DNA of 52,276 nt from a virus (lineage: Duplodnaviria; Caudoviricetes). The position numbers were made by a program, and so were the translations under genes. This document shows positions 34,943 through 49,900 of this stretch, piece after piece. The notes under the pieces were generated by a model. The model searched no databases. It saw nothing but the letters and a program-made list of their open reading frames with translations, and was not told where the DNA came from. The stretch's first letter is position 1, and the number at the start of each line of letters is the position of its first letter. The stretch lies in IMG/VR virus record IMGVR_UViG_3300047552_000486, positions 1-52,276 of that record; one strand, given 5' to 3'.

Positions 34943-37900
34943 ATGGCACAAGTCCGAACCCTACAATTTCTACCAGAAGTCTTCCAAACGGAGACCAATG
35001 AACAATTCTTAGCGGCTACGCTAGATGTTCTAACAAGTCAACCCGACATGCTTAAAGTGCAGGGTTTAATTGGTTCGAAATATGGTTATGGAGTTACTCA
35101 GAATGACAAATACGTTGTGGAGTCCACAGACGTCCGCAATAACTACCAGCTAGATCCAGCGGTCACCTTCTTAAAGACCGACACACAGGAAGCGGTTGAC
35201 TTTATTGACTATCCTGGCATCATCGACGCTATCGCCCGTGAAGGCGGCATCAATAAGAACCACAATAAACTATTCTCTAGTGAATTCTACAGCTGGGACA
35301 GCTTTATCGACTTAGATAAGATTGTAAACTACGCACAATATCACTGGTTGCCACTTGGCCCTGATGCTATCTTAATCGACAGTGATACAGACTTCTCAGC
35401 AATCATTGGTGCTAAGACATACCCTAGTGCTGCTGCCATCACAGCGGGCGCAGCTACATTCGTAAACGGCCTAAAGGTAATGTTTACTGGTAACGTAACC
35501 GCTACGGCAGATGGATTCGGTGCTAAATTCGTTGAATACTACGTTGAAGGTGTTGGTACAAGTATTGAATTGATTCCAGTTGACGACTTGCTATGCGTTG
35601 AGACATGCGCTGGCGGTATCTACAACCCTTGGGACATTGGCCGTTGGGACAGTGGTTCATGGTCTATTCGCTTGAATGTTCCAGTTAACCCAGACTATAT
35701 TGTGTCTAATCGCCGCAGTCGCGAACGCAATGCGTGGGCTCGTGGTAATCGCTGGTTCCATCAATCAGTAATCGACACCGTAATCAAGTACAATGGCGTT
35801 GCGACTACTAACGATTATAACACACAAACTCGTGCGCAACGACCAATCATTGAATTCGAACGCGACTTAGCACTGTTTGACAGTGGTACTAAATTCGGCA
35901 CTATCGTTGACTTCGTAAACGATACGGAAACTAATGCGATGTCTAACGTTGTTGGTAGCGATGCTTGTACATTTACTACTACAATTAAAACAGCTGGTAG
36001 TACACTTGGTCAGACCGTTACAACTACTGTACTAGACGGCGGCACTATCATGTTCCCCCATGATAGTAACTCAACAGTTAAAAAGACTGTGTACACAGTG
36101 CGTATGATACCAGCAGGCCCAAATGGCGCAAAAATTGTATCATTGGTGCCAAAAGTCGGTGTCACTATTGAAACAGGCAGTGCCGTATATGTTGCTAAAG
36201 GACCAAGCGTTGACTATTTGGGCAAAGCTCTACAGTGGACGGGTAGTTCATGGGATGAGTCTCAAACGAAAGTCTCTATCAATCAACCACCTATGTTTGA
36301 TGTGTTTGATAGCAGTGAGTATAAATTAAGCAACGACACCAAGTACATCGCCTCTACGTTCAAAGGCACAAAACTATTTGGCTACACTGTTGGTACTGGT
36401 GACAATGACGCTGTTCTTGGCTTCCCAGTTAAGTACAGTTCTGGCGCCTCTACTGGTGACTTTGTGTTCACTGTTTACTTAAACGAAGACACGTTCACTT
36501 ACAAAACAACTAGCGCTGCTACTACGGCTACTATCGCACGAGTTAACTCAGGATTCATTCACACTAACTACGCTGATGGTACATTCAAGGCGCGTAATGG
36601 CTGGGTCAAAGCTGCGTCTGATAGTAAACAGTATCAAGTATTCGTCTTTGATATCACTGCTACTAATCAATATCTACTTGAGTGTGATGTTGTTGCTGGT
36701 GAAGAAGCGGTTACTCTTTGGAATCCTGTTCAAATTTATTTAAACGGTGACTATGTTGACAGCAGTAAGTACAGGGTAATTCGTGACACGGTTGCAAACA
36801 AGACTACTATCATCTTTAAAACGAATCCACCAAGTATCGGTGATCAAGTATCGGTGTCTCTGCTAAGTGATAGTGTTAGCTCAAAGGCATTCTATGCGAT
36901 TCCTACTAACTTGCAGAACAATCCATTCAATACAGAAATTAAGTCCGTATCTGCTGGTGATATCAAGCACTTCTATACAAGTATCTATAGCAATGCACCA
37001 GGCGCTTCTGGTAATATCTATGGTAGTAACAACTTAAACACACTTGGTGAAATCTCCAAGTACGGTACCACAATCATTCAGAACAGTGCTAGCTTGGTAC
37101 TACCTGGTGTATTCTTGCGCAAGACTAAAGCTAATTTAGGCAGTGCTCTTCAATATGCGTCCGATGAGTACATGGATTACAAAAACAGCATCATTGAATT
37201 AGCACAAAAAGGTGACTACTCAGTGTACCAAACACCAGCTCAGATTCTGGATGACATCATCTATCAAATCAGTTCTACTAAAAACGAAGCTGATTCATTC
37301 TTCTGGAGCGATATGCTTCCAAGTGGCAGTCCTTATAAGACTTCTACCTACACATTTAATGCAACTGTGTCTAACACCGTGTTCCCGTTATCAGAAATCT
37401 ACTTTTTTGACCGAGCAAACTACAAAGGCATTGCTGTATATCACAAGAAGATTGTGGACGGTAATGCTGTAACAAAACAATTGATTCGTGGTGTTGACTA
37501 CACCGTTAGTACCACTGAAAAAAGTTTGATGGTAAGTGCTACACTAACAAAGACTGATACCATCATCGTTAATGAATATCAACAAACATATGGTAGTTAT
37601 GTACCAGCTACACCAACAAGCATGGGTCTATTCCCAGCTTCTAAACCAGGTGTAGTCTTAGATGAAACTGCGCAAAGCCCAGTTTATATGTTGGTCGGTC
37701 ACGATGGTAGCTACACTCGTTTATATGGTGAGTATGATGCTACTAATGACACATTGGTAGACTTCCGCGATATCGCCCTACTTGAGTACGAGACACGTGT
37801 GTTCAACAACATCAAAGGTACCAAGAAGCCACCGATGACACGTGCTAGTTTGTTCCCTGGACAATGGCGCACTACCGACTATACTTTTGAAGAGATTCTA

Positions 37901-40900
37901 CCAGCTTATACAACGTCATTTATGCGTTGGGTTGGTAAAAACAGAATCAACTATCGTGAGCAATTCTACGCTGTTGGTAATCCATTCTCTTATAACTACA
38001 ATCGAGTATTCAATAAATTTGACAAGTCACAATTGAAGAGTGGTGGCTGGCGCGGTGTATACTTATGGTTGTACGACACAGTTAATCCAGCTGGTGCGCC
38101 ATGGGAGATGTTAGGACTAACGGTTAAACCAGAATGGTGGGACAAACGTTACGGAGTCGCTCCATATACAAGTGGTAATCTTCGCATGTGGGAAGATATC
38201 GCTGCTGGTTATATCTGGAATGACGCTGATGCTGATTCCTATGTTGACTCTACACGAGTGCGCCCTGGTCTATTGAACGCCTTACCAGTTGACGAAGCTG
38301 GCCGTTTAATGGATCCACTTAAATCAATCGTCGGTAACTATGATTCTAACACGTTTAAGCGTGAATGGGTAGCTGGTGACGTGGGCCCAGCAGAAGCATC
38401 GTACTTGCGCAGTTCATCATGGCCATTTGACCTAATGCGCCTATTAAGCATCTTTGAACCAGCGCAGTTCTATAACTACTGCGTTGATACTGATGATTAC
38501 AAATACGACAGCATCACTGGACAATACTTGTTCAACGAGCGCTATCACTTGGACCCAGCCTCTGTTGTTCTCTACGGTGCTGGCACATCAAAAAACAGTT
38601 ATGTAAACTGGATCATTGACTACATCAATCAAACAGGCGAAGACGGTCACAGCTATGTATCGGATCTATTAAAGAACTTAGATGTTCGCTTAACTTATAA
38701 AGTTGCTGGCTTCTCTGATAAAGATTACCTACGCTTCTTAACTGAAAACAGTTCACCAAACAGTACAGCTGCGTCTCTGTTAATTCCAGATGACAACTTC
38801 GCAGTGCTCTTATACGACAACGTGGCATCTGATAAGATTACCTACAGTAGTGTAGTGATTCAAAAGACAGAACGTGGATATACCGTATGGGGTAATTCAA
38901 TTACTAACCCGTACTTTACTGTGGTGACACCATCTTCTGGTCCGCTAGAGACAATTAAAATCGGTACAGTGTCAGTTCAATTAAGCACCGTATACGACTC
39001 ACTTAACACAGTTACTATCGCTTATGGCACTGAGTTCTATTCACTACAAGGTGTCGCTGAATTCTTACGTAACTACGGCCGTTACTTAGGTGATCGCGGT
39101 GTACAATTCGTAAACACACGCAACGGCGTTACCATGGACTGGACAGCAATGATTGCTGAGTACTTGAACTGGGCACAACAAAGTTGGAGTGTTGGTAGTA
39201 CCATTAGCTTGAACCCAAATGCTACAGAATTTGTAGCTGGTAAAGCTGGTCTAATTGTTCAACCATTGACAATTCGTGAACGCAACTTTGTCTTGAATCA
39301 AAACTTAGTTCCGTTACAACCAGAAGACATCGCAGTACTGCGTAAAAACGAACAGTTTACAATCAGAGTAATGAACGAAGGTGATACTGTTGCTTATGCT
39401 AACATGGATCTCAGTTGCGTTGAACATGCAGTTGTGTTTGACAATCAAACAATCTTTGGCGATACTCTGTACGACAAGACTACTGGCTTGCGTCAAGGCC
39501 GATTGATTCTACAAGGCAAAAAGTCGGCAAGTTGGACTGGCTCAGTTGATGCTAGTGGCTTTATCTTGAATCAAGGTGATATCGCTGAATGGTCAAGCAA
39601 CGGCAAGTATGCCAAGGGTACTATTGTCACTTATAAGAATTTATACTGGTCTGCTAAAACAGGTATTCAACCATCAGTGGACTTTGACTACACCCTATGG
39701 AATCAAAGTAGCTATGACAACATCAAGCGCGGCTTGTTGCCAAACCCATCAACTATGGCGTATGAAATCTCTCAGCTATATGACATCAACACTGCTAACT
39801 TAGAGCAAGATCAAGACTTGCTGGCATTTGGTTTGATTGGCTTTAGACCACGTGATTACATGGTAAATGCTGCTCTTACTGACACTACACAAATTAACGT
39901 GTATCAAACTCTTATTAAAAATAAGGGTACTAATCAAGCAAGTGGCATCTTTAAAAATGCTACACCGCTCCAAGGCGCGCTTGAGTATGACGTATTCGAA
40001 AACTGGGCAATTAAGAATGGTGAATTCGGCAGTGTCTTAAACAGTAACTTCGTTGAGATTCAATTACGTCAAGACCTGTTAACTGGTAATCCTAGTTTGA
40101 TTGGTATTGGCACCGATACTGGTACTGTTGATCAAACTGTTACTCGTGCCGAGTTAATTAACTATGGTGTTAAGCCATCGACTGATGCGTTCCTACCAGC
40201 TTATACTAGCTCGTATATCGAACAACGTGGTTTACCAACTGCAGGTTATGTCAACATTGACGACACTAAGTTCAGTGTGTTTAACTTGATGGACTTAAAC
40301 TACTCTGCTGAGAGTTTGTCTAGCTTATATCGTGGTGACATCATTTGGGTGGCAAGTCACGCTGGTAGCTGGGATATCTTTACACCAGTAAGTGTTGGCA
40401 CTGTTGCTACTACTGTAAAGAACAACCTGAATGGTACGATCACACTAACATTTGATTCTGCTCACGGATTAGTGGCGGATGATTACTTCTACATGACTGG
40501 CTTTGGAACGCTGGTAGATGGCTATTACAAGGTAAAGACGGTAGGAAGCGCTACCACCCTAACTGTAGCAAGTGCATTGACCAAGAGTAAACAAACGCTG
40601 GTGGGTACTGGTATCGTGTTTAAACTGGTGTCTAGACGCCATTCTTCACCTTCTGATATCACCAATGACACTTATAGTGCTTTTGTTAAGCGTCTACACT
40701 GGGTAGATTCTGATTATGGTGATAACTGGAAGGTCATGGCCGGACAGGTGGCATTCACTGCTAGTTCTGACTTACAACAAAGTAGTGGATACGGTTGCGC
40801 GATAGCGCATAGTGCCGTTCTTGGTACTGTTGTGGCTGATGATACTGCTGTCCATATTAGTGGATACACTGTACCGTTAACAGGTGTGCACTCACTCTCC

Positions 40901-43900
40901 GTCGTTAATGATAGCGCTGTTGTGTTTGCTGGTACGAGCACTGGTGTGTATAAGATTGTGAAGACTGTTGTTGATGGGTCAGTCACTTGGTCAACGACAC
41001 AGACACCAACAGTGCCAGTAGCTGGAACTTCACACTTCGCAGTTAGTGACAACGGCCTATGGTTGTATGTTGCTGCTGGTACTGTCGTTAAGACTTACAT
41101 GTGGAACGAAACTGGGTATGCGAATACAAATGAGACTATCATTGGTCACGAAATCACAAGTCTAGCTACCACACGTGATGGTTCTAAATTGGTTGTTGGT
41201 TCTGCTTATGAAGATGCGGACAGTATCACTAACGACAGTGGCGCTGCGTACATCTACGCACGTGCAAGTCAGACATTCATTCAAAACATTGGCGCATCTG
41301 TTCCTAATGAGTACAACAATGCGTTCCCGTTGTATGATTGGAATGCTACTACGACGAACGTTAGAGTAACAGTTAATAGCCGCGCAGTCACTACTGGGTT
41401 CTCAATTTCAATTACCAATAACACATTGTCATTCACTACCGCACCAGATGACGGCGCCACCATTATTGTTGACTCCGGTACTCTCACGTTCAAGCAACGT
41501 GTAGTTAGTGCTAAGCCACATATCGGCGGCAACTTCGGCATCTCTGTAGATACTAACAGATATGGTGATGAAGTAGTAATTGGTGCACCATACGAATTGG
41601 GTGAAGTTGATGGAGTACGCAACGTTGAAGGCGCTGCTCACCGTTTTGTAAACGCTGGTCAACGCTATGGTATCGTCTCTGCGAAAGTAACAACTCTCAC
41701 TTCTGATGTGAGTATCTTTATTGATGGGTACTTAATCGCTCTGACTACTGGTATGACCGCGCAAGATGTTGTTGATACTATCAACGCACAAGAACCAACA
41801 AACGTAAATGCATCAACACCAAGTTCATCTGGTGCGTTTACCATAAGTTTAACAGACAGAACAATTCTAACAGTACATGACAAATTAGACATTACTGGTA
41901 GTGACACCGACCTAGCTCAATTAGGAATCACTACTTATACTCACGTGCAAAGTATCACTAATCCGGACTACGGTTCAAATACAGGCTTCGGCGCTGTGGT
42001 ATCACTTGGTAAAAGTGAAAAGTGGTGCAGTACGTTGGCAATCAGTGCGCCAACCGGCTTTGCTCTAAGTGAAGCGTCATTTGACGCACCTACTTACGAC
42101 AACGTAGATAACGATACCATCTTTGACAATGGCGCAACTACGTTCGTAGACAAGATCGCTGATTGTGGCGCTGTATATGTTTACACGCTGTTGGATTCTG
42201 AATCAGAATCATTGGACAATCCTGACAAATATGTATTCGGTCAATACTGTAGTATCACTGACAGCGCTGGTATGAAGGCGCGACCACACTACGGTAGCAC
42301 TCTAGTAGTTGGCGACGGTGCTATCATTGCTGGTACACGTGAGTGGAGTAACTCTGGTGACGGCCGTGTTGTAACATTCACATCTACTGTTGGTAGTACA
42401 TGGAGTGTTGATAAGAGTGCTAGTGCGCGGGTGGACGTAGCCAAACTCCGTGGCGCCACCATCTACAATACTAGTACAAACACTACTATTGAAACACTTG
42501 ACTATATCGACCCATCACAAGGCAAATTATTGAGTGCAGTTGAAACTAACATCGACTTTATCAGTCACGTTGACCCAGCTGTATATGGTGCAGGTCAGCG
42601 CTGGGGCCAAAATAAAATTGGTACTACCTGGCTAGACATTAGTAATCTACGCATGATGAATACAGCGCAACCAAGTGCTGTGTACAACGCAAAACACTGG
42701 GGCGAGGCGTTCCCTGGCAGTACTGCTGATATCTATACTTGGATCGAAAGTTTTGTAGCACCGATTGATTACGCAGGTTCTGGATTCCCAACCTCTTATG
42801 ATTCGTACACTACATCTGTTGTTATCGACAGGGCTTCTAACTCACTGGTAACAAAGTATTACTACTGGGTAAAGAATTACGACTTGGTACCAGTTGGCAA
42901 ACAACTGTCACCAGTGACTCTATCACAGTACATCTTAGACCCAGTTGGAAGTGGAATTCCGTTCATGGGCGCAATTGCACCAAGTGTCATTGCACTGTTC
43001 AATACTGGTGATGCGATTCATGGAAGTGACAGCGCCATTAACATTGGCTATGCTACAACTAGCAGCGATGACGGTGCACACTCTGACTGGACACTCATTA
43101 AAGACGGCGAAGAGACCGACTTCTTAGCTGGTGTTCCTGGCAGCATCTCTGAGCTGCCAACTGATATGTACATGAAGTACATCAACAGCTACATGGGCTA
43201 TGACATGGTGAGTAATACAGTGCCGGACACTGGGCTACCATCATTAAAGCAAACTGGTACAGCATTCCGTCCACGTCAGACTATGTTTACTGACAGATTC
43301 GTGGCGCTAAAGAACTTCATTCAATACGCAAACAGAATCATGGCAGAAAATACCATCTCTGAAACACGTAGCACATTCTTGTTGAATAAAAAGTTTGAGA
43401 GTGGTGACCTAGTCGCTAATGATATCTTAAAGAAGGAATACTTCAACACAACAGATTACTGGAGCACGGTTGATTGGTGGGCTACTGGCTTTACTGCCAA
43501 CACCAAGATTACAATTGAAGTACCAACTAAGTCGGATCTACTCCGCATTGGTACTACCAGTACTCTGAACATCGGCAGCGAAGGTATCATCTTAGGATTA
43601 AGCGAAGGCTTGGTAGCACGTGTTACCAAGAATGGTCAGGGAGTTAACGAAACTTACTGCTGGACATCAGCCGCTGGTTGGACTCGCATTGGTCTCCAAG
43701 GCGGCACAATTCAATTCTCGGCTAACGTTTATGATTCAGTGACACCGGCTAAATCAGCGGCAATCTACTGGATCATTCGCTGGATTACTGAGCAATTGTT
43801 TGTTGATGAACTCTTATCACACAATAACTCATCACTAATGATGATGTTTGCTCTGATTCAAAGTACAGCTCCACAACATCAAAACTATTTACCATGGTTG

Positions 43901-46900
43901 AATAAGACCAGTTTAGTAGACGTTAAGAACACTATTCGTAAATTGGTTCAGTACAAGAAATATCAGCGCGATAGTATCGACTTGGTAGCTGGTTACTTGA
44001 ACGAAATTAAACCATATCACGTTTACATTAAAGACTTCTCATTCCTGTATAAGGGAACTGACACGTATGAAGGTGCATTCACTGACTTTGACATCTCATC
44101 TCAGTACAACGCAACTTCTGGTAAATTCGAGAGCCCGCAGCTGGTTTATAGTAACCCTGGTGATGGTCAGTATTTACCAACAGATAGTATTTGGTCTAGC
44201 TCTGCTTATAGTGATTGGTTCAGTCACAATGGCTTGACATTCAACAACAGTCAGGTAGACATCGTTGAAATCAGTAAATTGGCAGCTCCAATCTCAACTA
44301 GTTCTGCGTCGATTGTACTAACAGAATCTGGTAATTTACCAGACACCGGCACCCTTCAAATTGGCGATGAGCAAATTGGCTACAAGCAAATTGACCGTTA
44401 CACAAATACTGTAACTGCGCTAGTACGTAACACAAATGGCACTGGTGCATCTAACTATGATGCAAATGAAATCGTATACTTAGTACCAGAAGCGGTTATG
44501 GTAATGAACAGTGCGCGTGGTTACACCAGTGCACCAACAATCACTGCTTATTATGACACGGTTGAGTATCCATATCCACCACGTTCAGTAGCATCATTCA
44601 TCCCAACAATCACTGATGGTAAGTTGACTTCAATTTACACAGTGACTCCTGGTGATGGTTACCCAACTAACGTATCATTACGTGTATCACCATCATCTAT
44701 TACCACTAAGTTTGTAACTGACCAAGTTGACTCTGAAATCAATCAGATTCAAATCAATAGTCACGAGTTCATCTCTGGTGATTCAGTTGTATTAACTGAC
44801 TTGTCTAATGATGGCACGGCCGATACGAATACCAACTTGAAGGAATATCAATATTACTACGTTGGTGTGGTAGACGCTAACAACATTGCTCTATACACAC
44901 ATTACCGTGATAGTATCGATACATTCACAACATCGATGACTAAGTACACATTCTTGGTTGCTGGAACACCGTATGTCAATTGTATCAAACTCGATCAACC
45001 AGTATCAATTGGTAACCAACCATTTAACACTGGTGCACGTGTTCGTATTGTACTAGATCAAAGTGCTGGTAAGTTTGCTTATTACTATATCAGCCGTGTT
45101 GGTATGGAATACTCTAATGACACTAGTGTAAACGGATTCGCAGTAGTTGCTCTACATGAGACACACGCTGAAGCGGTTGCTGGTCTAGAATCAACACGTG
45201 TGTTGGTATCTGGTAGTGGTAAGATATCACTAGTGGCTCGTACTGACAGTAAGCGAATTGTATTTAAGAATGGTACTGACGGCACTATCTCTGTGTCAGC
45301 ACAGGTGCGCGGATTCATGAACTTGGGCGCAATTCGCCAAATGAAGATTGGTCTGCGCTTTGACAGAACCGGTTACTTACCAAGTATCACGACTTATGCT
45401 AAAGACACCGTGTATGAAGCTGGTGACTTAGTTAAGTATACCAACACTGATATCAACGCTAGTTTTGTTTATGTCTGTGATGTGGAACACATCAGTGTGG
45501 CTGATGCGCCAGACTTGGCTAAATTCGTTGAAATCAACAGTAGTGGCATTCGCATGACTGGTGACAAGATGGGCAAGTCGGTCGACTTAAACGGTCTTGA
45601 TCGTATTGCTGGATGGTATGAGCCAAAAGCTACAATGCCTGGCTACACTCTTGGCACTAAAACAACTCGTAAGCAGACTTCAGACCTGTCACAAATTGTA
45701 GATGGTACTAAGTACCCACATGCAACGGTGATGGACATGCCGTTTGCTGGTCCTAATACCTATGTGTTTACCTCTAAAGACGTGAACACGTCAAACAATA
45801 CCATTAAGTTGAATTCTACAAAGTCATTGAGTACAACTTACAGTGAAGTGATATATGGTAGTTCAAATAACGGTTTGTATGTGACTACTACACCGATTGC
45901 TGTCAAGTCTACGGCTGGAAGTAATGTCATTACAATGACTTCTACTACTGGCATCTATCAGAATAGCGAGATTCGTTTTGTAGGATTGCCACTAAACGAG
46001 AGTATTAATACACTATCTAGCACTACATACTTTGTAACTTCAGTAACTGGTAACAATATCACAATTGCTAACACAGTTGGTGGTAGTAACATCGAAATGG
46101 GCAATGTAGTTTATGCTAATGGCACAAGCGCTAACGTATCAGAAGGTTATTCACCAGTTATCCTAAACGTTGCTACTACTATGCCTACTGCTAAAGTATT
46201 CGCCGCGTTTACATCTGTTACTAAGATTAATGGTGAGGCTAATGCTAACTCAACACTAGGCGGCCATCGTATTGAGTTAATCAGCGATGCTAACATCAAA
46301 CAGTTTGACAAGATTGCTAACGGTACTGTTGTAAAGTTCAACAACAGCGTCGGTAGTATTGTTGCTGGTCAACACTACTTCGTTGGTGACAAAGCCGACA
46401 GTATTGTAGTTACCACGCAAACTGACCCTGCGAATAATTCTCCAATCATTAATACAACTATAACTAATTCGATCCGTTTATACACTGCTGCTAACCTCGT
46501 ATCGACAAGTTTAGTTACATTTGCTAATGCGACACCGTTCTCAACTACTGCGGTATTTAACGAAGCATTTGCTAATATCTCAATTGTTGATAATACCATC
46601 ACCCTCAGCAACTCTACAGCAACTATCGCTCGTGCTAATGCTGCCAATATATACTCTAACGTTACTATACCAGCTGCCAATATCGCTAATAACGCACCAG
46701 TTACCATCAATGGCAATCACTACTATGTTGCTAACAAAAATGATTCTAATAACAGCTTCAAACTGGTAACAACTCCAGGCAATGCCACCACCGTGTCCAT
46801 TGCTGATACTACTGGTACTACATACGCAGTCTTCTCCGGTTACACACAACCACTAGCCACAGACTTTGTTACTGGTGATCGTGTATCTGCGGAATTCACT

Positions 46901-49900
46901 GAGCCAACAAATTCAACTTCTGGTTACATGTTTGCCAACGTTACTAATGGCATCGTCACACTACACACTGATTTAGCAGGCGCTAAAGCTGGTACTAATC
47001 CGTACACCGAAATCGGCACTGTTGGTCAAATTATCAGACCAAAAACATTATTGACATTGGTTGGTGCCAACACTGGTAACGCAACGTCATATACTGCCAC
47101 GTTCGACCACTCTACGGATTCCACATCATTTGGTCTTGTCAATGATAAGCAATACACACTGAAGATTATCTCTACTACTGGCGACATTGCTGTTTATAAC
47201 AACGTGGATGATGCTGATGCAGATAGAAATCGCGTGCCATTAATTACAGCAGCAGGTGGTCAGTTCACTATTACCGAACTCGATTCAATCATTCGCCCGC
47301 CAGCATTCTTTGACACTGTTGACAATTACAGATTGAATGGTTCTTCATTCATTGAAGGTTATGGTCCAGAAGAATTGGTAGCTGGTGTTCTAACAGACGG
47401 TCTCAACTTCACAGTCACAACTCGTCCTGGCGCCACTTGGGACCCGTTGATGAGTGTTGAAGGTGCAGTTGAAGATGTTGCGTTTGGTAATACTGCGTTC
47501 AATAAGGTTCGTATTACTAATGCACTAACACCAACAAATAAAGTAGTCAGCTTCAAAGACGTGGTAGCTAATCCTGTTACTGTGATGGTATATACTAACA
47601 CGACAACTGGCTCAGTTCGTCTAACATTAGATACCGATTATACCATTAACTGGGTGGATCAAACTATTACATTGACACCTGGTTCAACCATATTCCCGAC
47701 TCTAGTGCCAGTCGCCCTAGACATCTATGAGTTCGGTAACGGTAGTCAAATTGTTCGCTCAAATTCTAACCGTATACCATTCCGTAGCGTTCAAACACCA
47801 GGTTCTTCCACTAATCACTCTGAAATCTTGTTGAACGTCCCGTTCAGTGAACTAGAGTTGCCAAGTGCTTCTAACTCTTATTTGAGTGCGCTGGTGTTTG
47901 TTGGTACTAATAATACCGATACTACACGCCTAACTTATATCGACGACAAATTTAGTCCAGTGTATGGCACAACTGAACACTTCAGTATTGAGCCACAACG
48001 AAGCTATGACCCAGTGAATGACCCGTATAACCCAGCTAAGATTGTGTTCTCTAAAGAGTACACTGCTACTGATTATGTGGTGTTCGCCCTAAGTACCAAC
48101 GTAATTGGCTTCTACACTGCTAATTCTGATGATATGAATACCATCACTCTGGTAGAGGGTGACAATGTTAAAAAGGTATACCTGGCACACATTGTGGACT
48201 TGAGTACCACAGTCAACTTCAAAGATTCAATCTCACTATACTTCTATCTACAGGATCGAGTTAGAGTGTACGTTAATGACATGTGGATGAGTACGGACGA
48301 TTACGCATTTGATATGGTCGACCACGATCAACCAATCTATGATTCGGTTACTGGTAAAGTTGTTGGATACGAGGTAGTCAACGGCACTTCACTACGTGAT
48401 GTATTAACTCGCGGTCAAGCATTTGCTCAAATCACATTCTACGATGGTATTTTGGCAACTGGTGACACTGTAAAGATTACATATGGTAGCTCTGGTATTG
48501 GCGTACCAGAGACACAGTGGTTCGGTGCTCCTACAGCTACTGATGTCGCATCTAACAAGAAAATCTTCCCACTAGAAAACTACATCAAAGACGGTAACTA
48601 CACTGCTATCAGTGAAGTTGAAATTTTGGATAACAACGGCAAGTTCAAGTGTAACTCAACAATCTTGATGAAGGCTGGCGACAGAATCACCATCAGTGGT
48701 AAGTTGATATCACCGACAACATCTGGTAAAATCGTCGGGTACACAGATTCACCCACAACAAATGTCTGGGATAGTAAAACATATTACATCTCGGAGACTA
48801 ACGGCTTTACAGGCTTCACACTGACATCATACTATGGTGGTAATCCAGATATCGTTACTGAGATGGGCACAGTTGAAGGTCTAACATTCAGTATTGAAAA
48901 CAACATTGTTGTTGAGATCAACGGCGTCCGTCAAGACGGCCCAGCGCCAAAAGAAATCTTCTATAAGATTGTGTCTGTTGTTGGTGAAAAGATGCACTTG
49001 AGTTACCCTGCGCCTGTGTACGGCTTGACTGAATTCAACGTCAAGTATTTGACAGTACAAGTCAACGGTAAGACTATTCCGCAGATGAACACAGATGGCA
49101 TCAATGCTAACTGGAACGTCAACTTTGACCCACTAGCAAACGAGTTCTATCACTATGCTGCTGACTTTGTGAACGAGCGTATGCCTTCGCCTTGGATCGC
49201 AGCTGACACTTATGTTCTCGGTGAACGTGTGATATACAACAATGCTTATTATGTATGTACTACAGCTATTATTACAGCTACCAGTACGACACCAGCACTA
49301 GACACTGATCACTGGGCTACATTAGCATCATACCCGCTCGACCCAGAAAACCATCATTACGGCTTCTTCGATGACGGCACACCGTTCGACAACCAGTTCT
49401 CGTTCAACGTGGTGTTCAATGATACTATTGCGTCAACAGACTTCACTGGTTCATTAGCACAAAACGACATCGTATCAATCACATACGATGTGCCACCAGC
49501 TACCGGCATTAAACAACCAGACGTGTATGTAATCACTGAGCGCGTAGAGAATGGCGCACTAACTGGTAAGTACGATATGTATGTGACTTATCCGTTCGGC
49601 ACTGAAGATAAAATCTCAATCACCACGTTTAACAGAACTAATCAGTCTAATCTAAAGACTCAGCGTATCACCGATGCGTTTGTGAACGAGGTATCAACTG
49701 TTGACATAGTAGCAGGTGTAGCTCCTCTAGTAACCACAAATCAAAGTCACAACTTTGTCACTGGCTATAAAGTAATGTTGAGCGGTGGTGCATTAGGCGA
49801 ACTAGCGGACAGATCATACTGGGTGGAGCGCGTGACTGCCACTGCCTTCAGAATCTATAACGACAGCGGGCTATCAACATTTGATACTGACGCAACTATT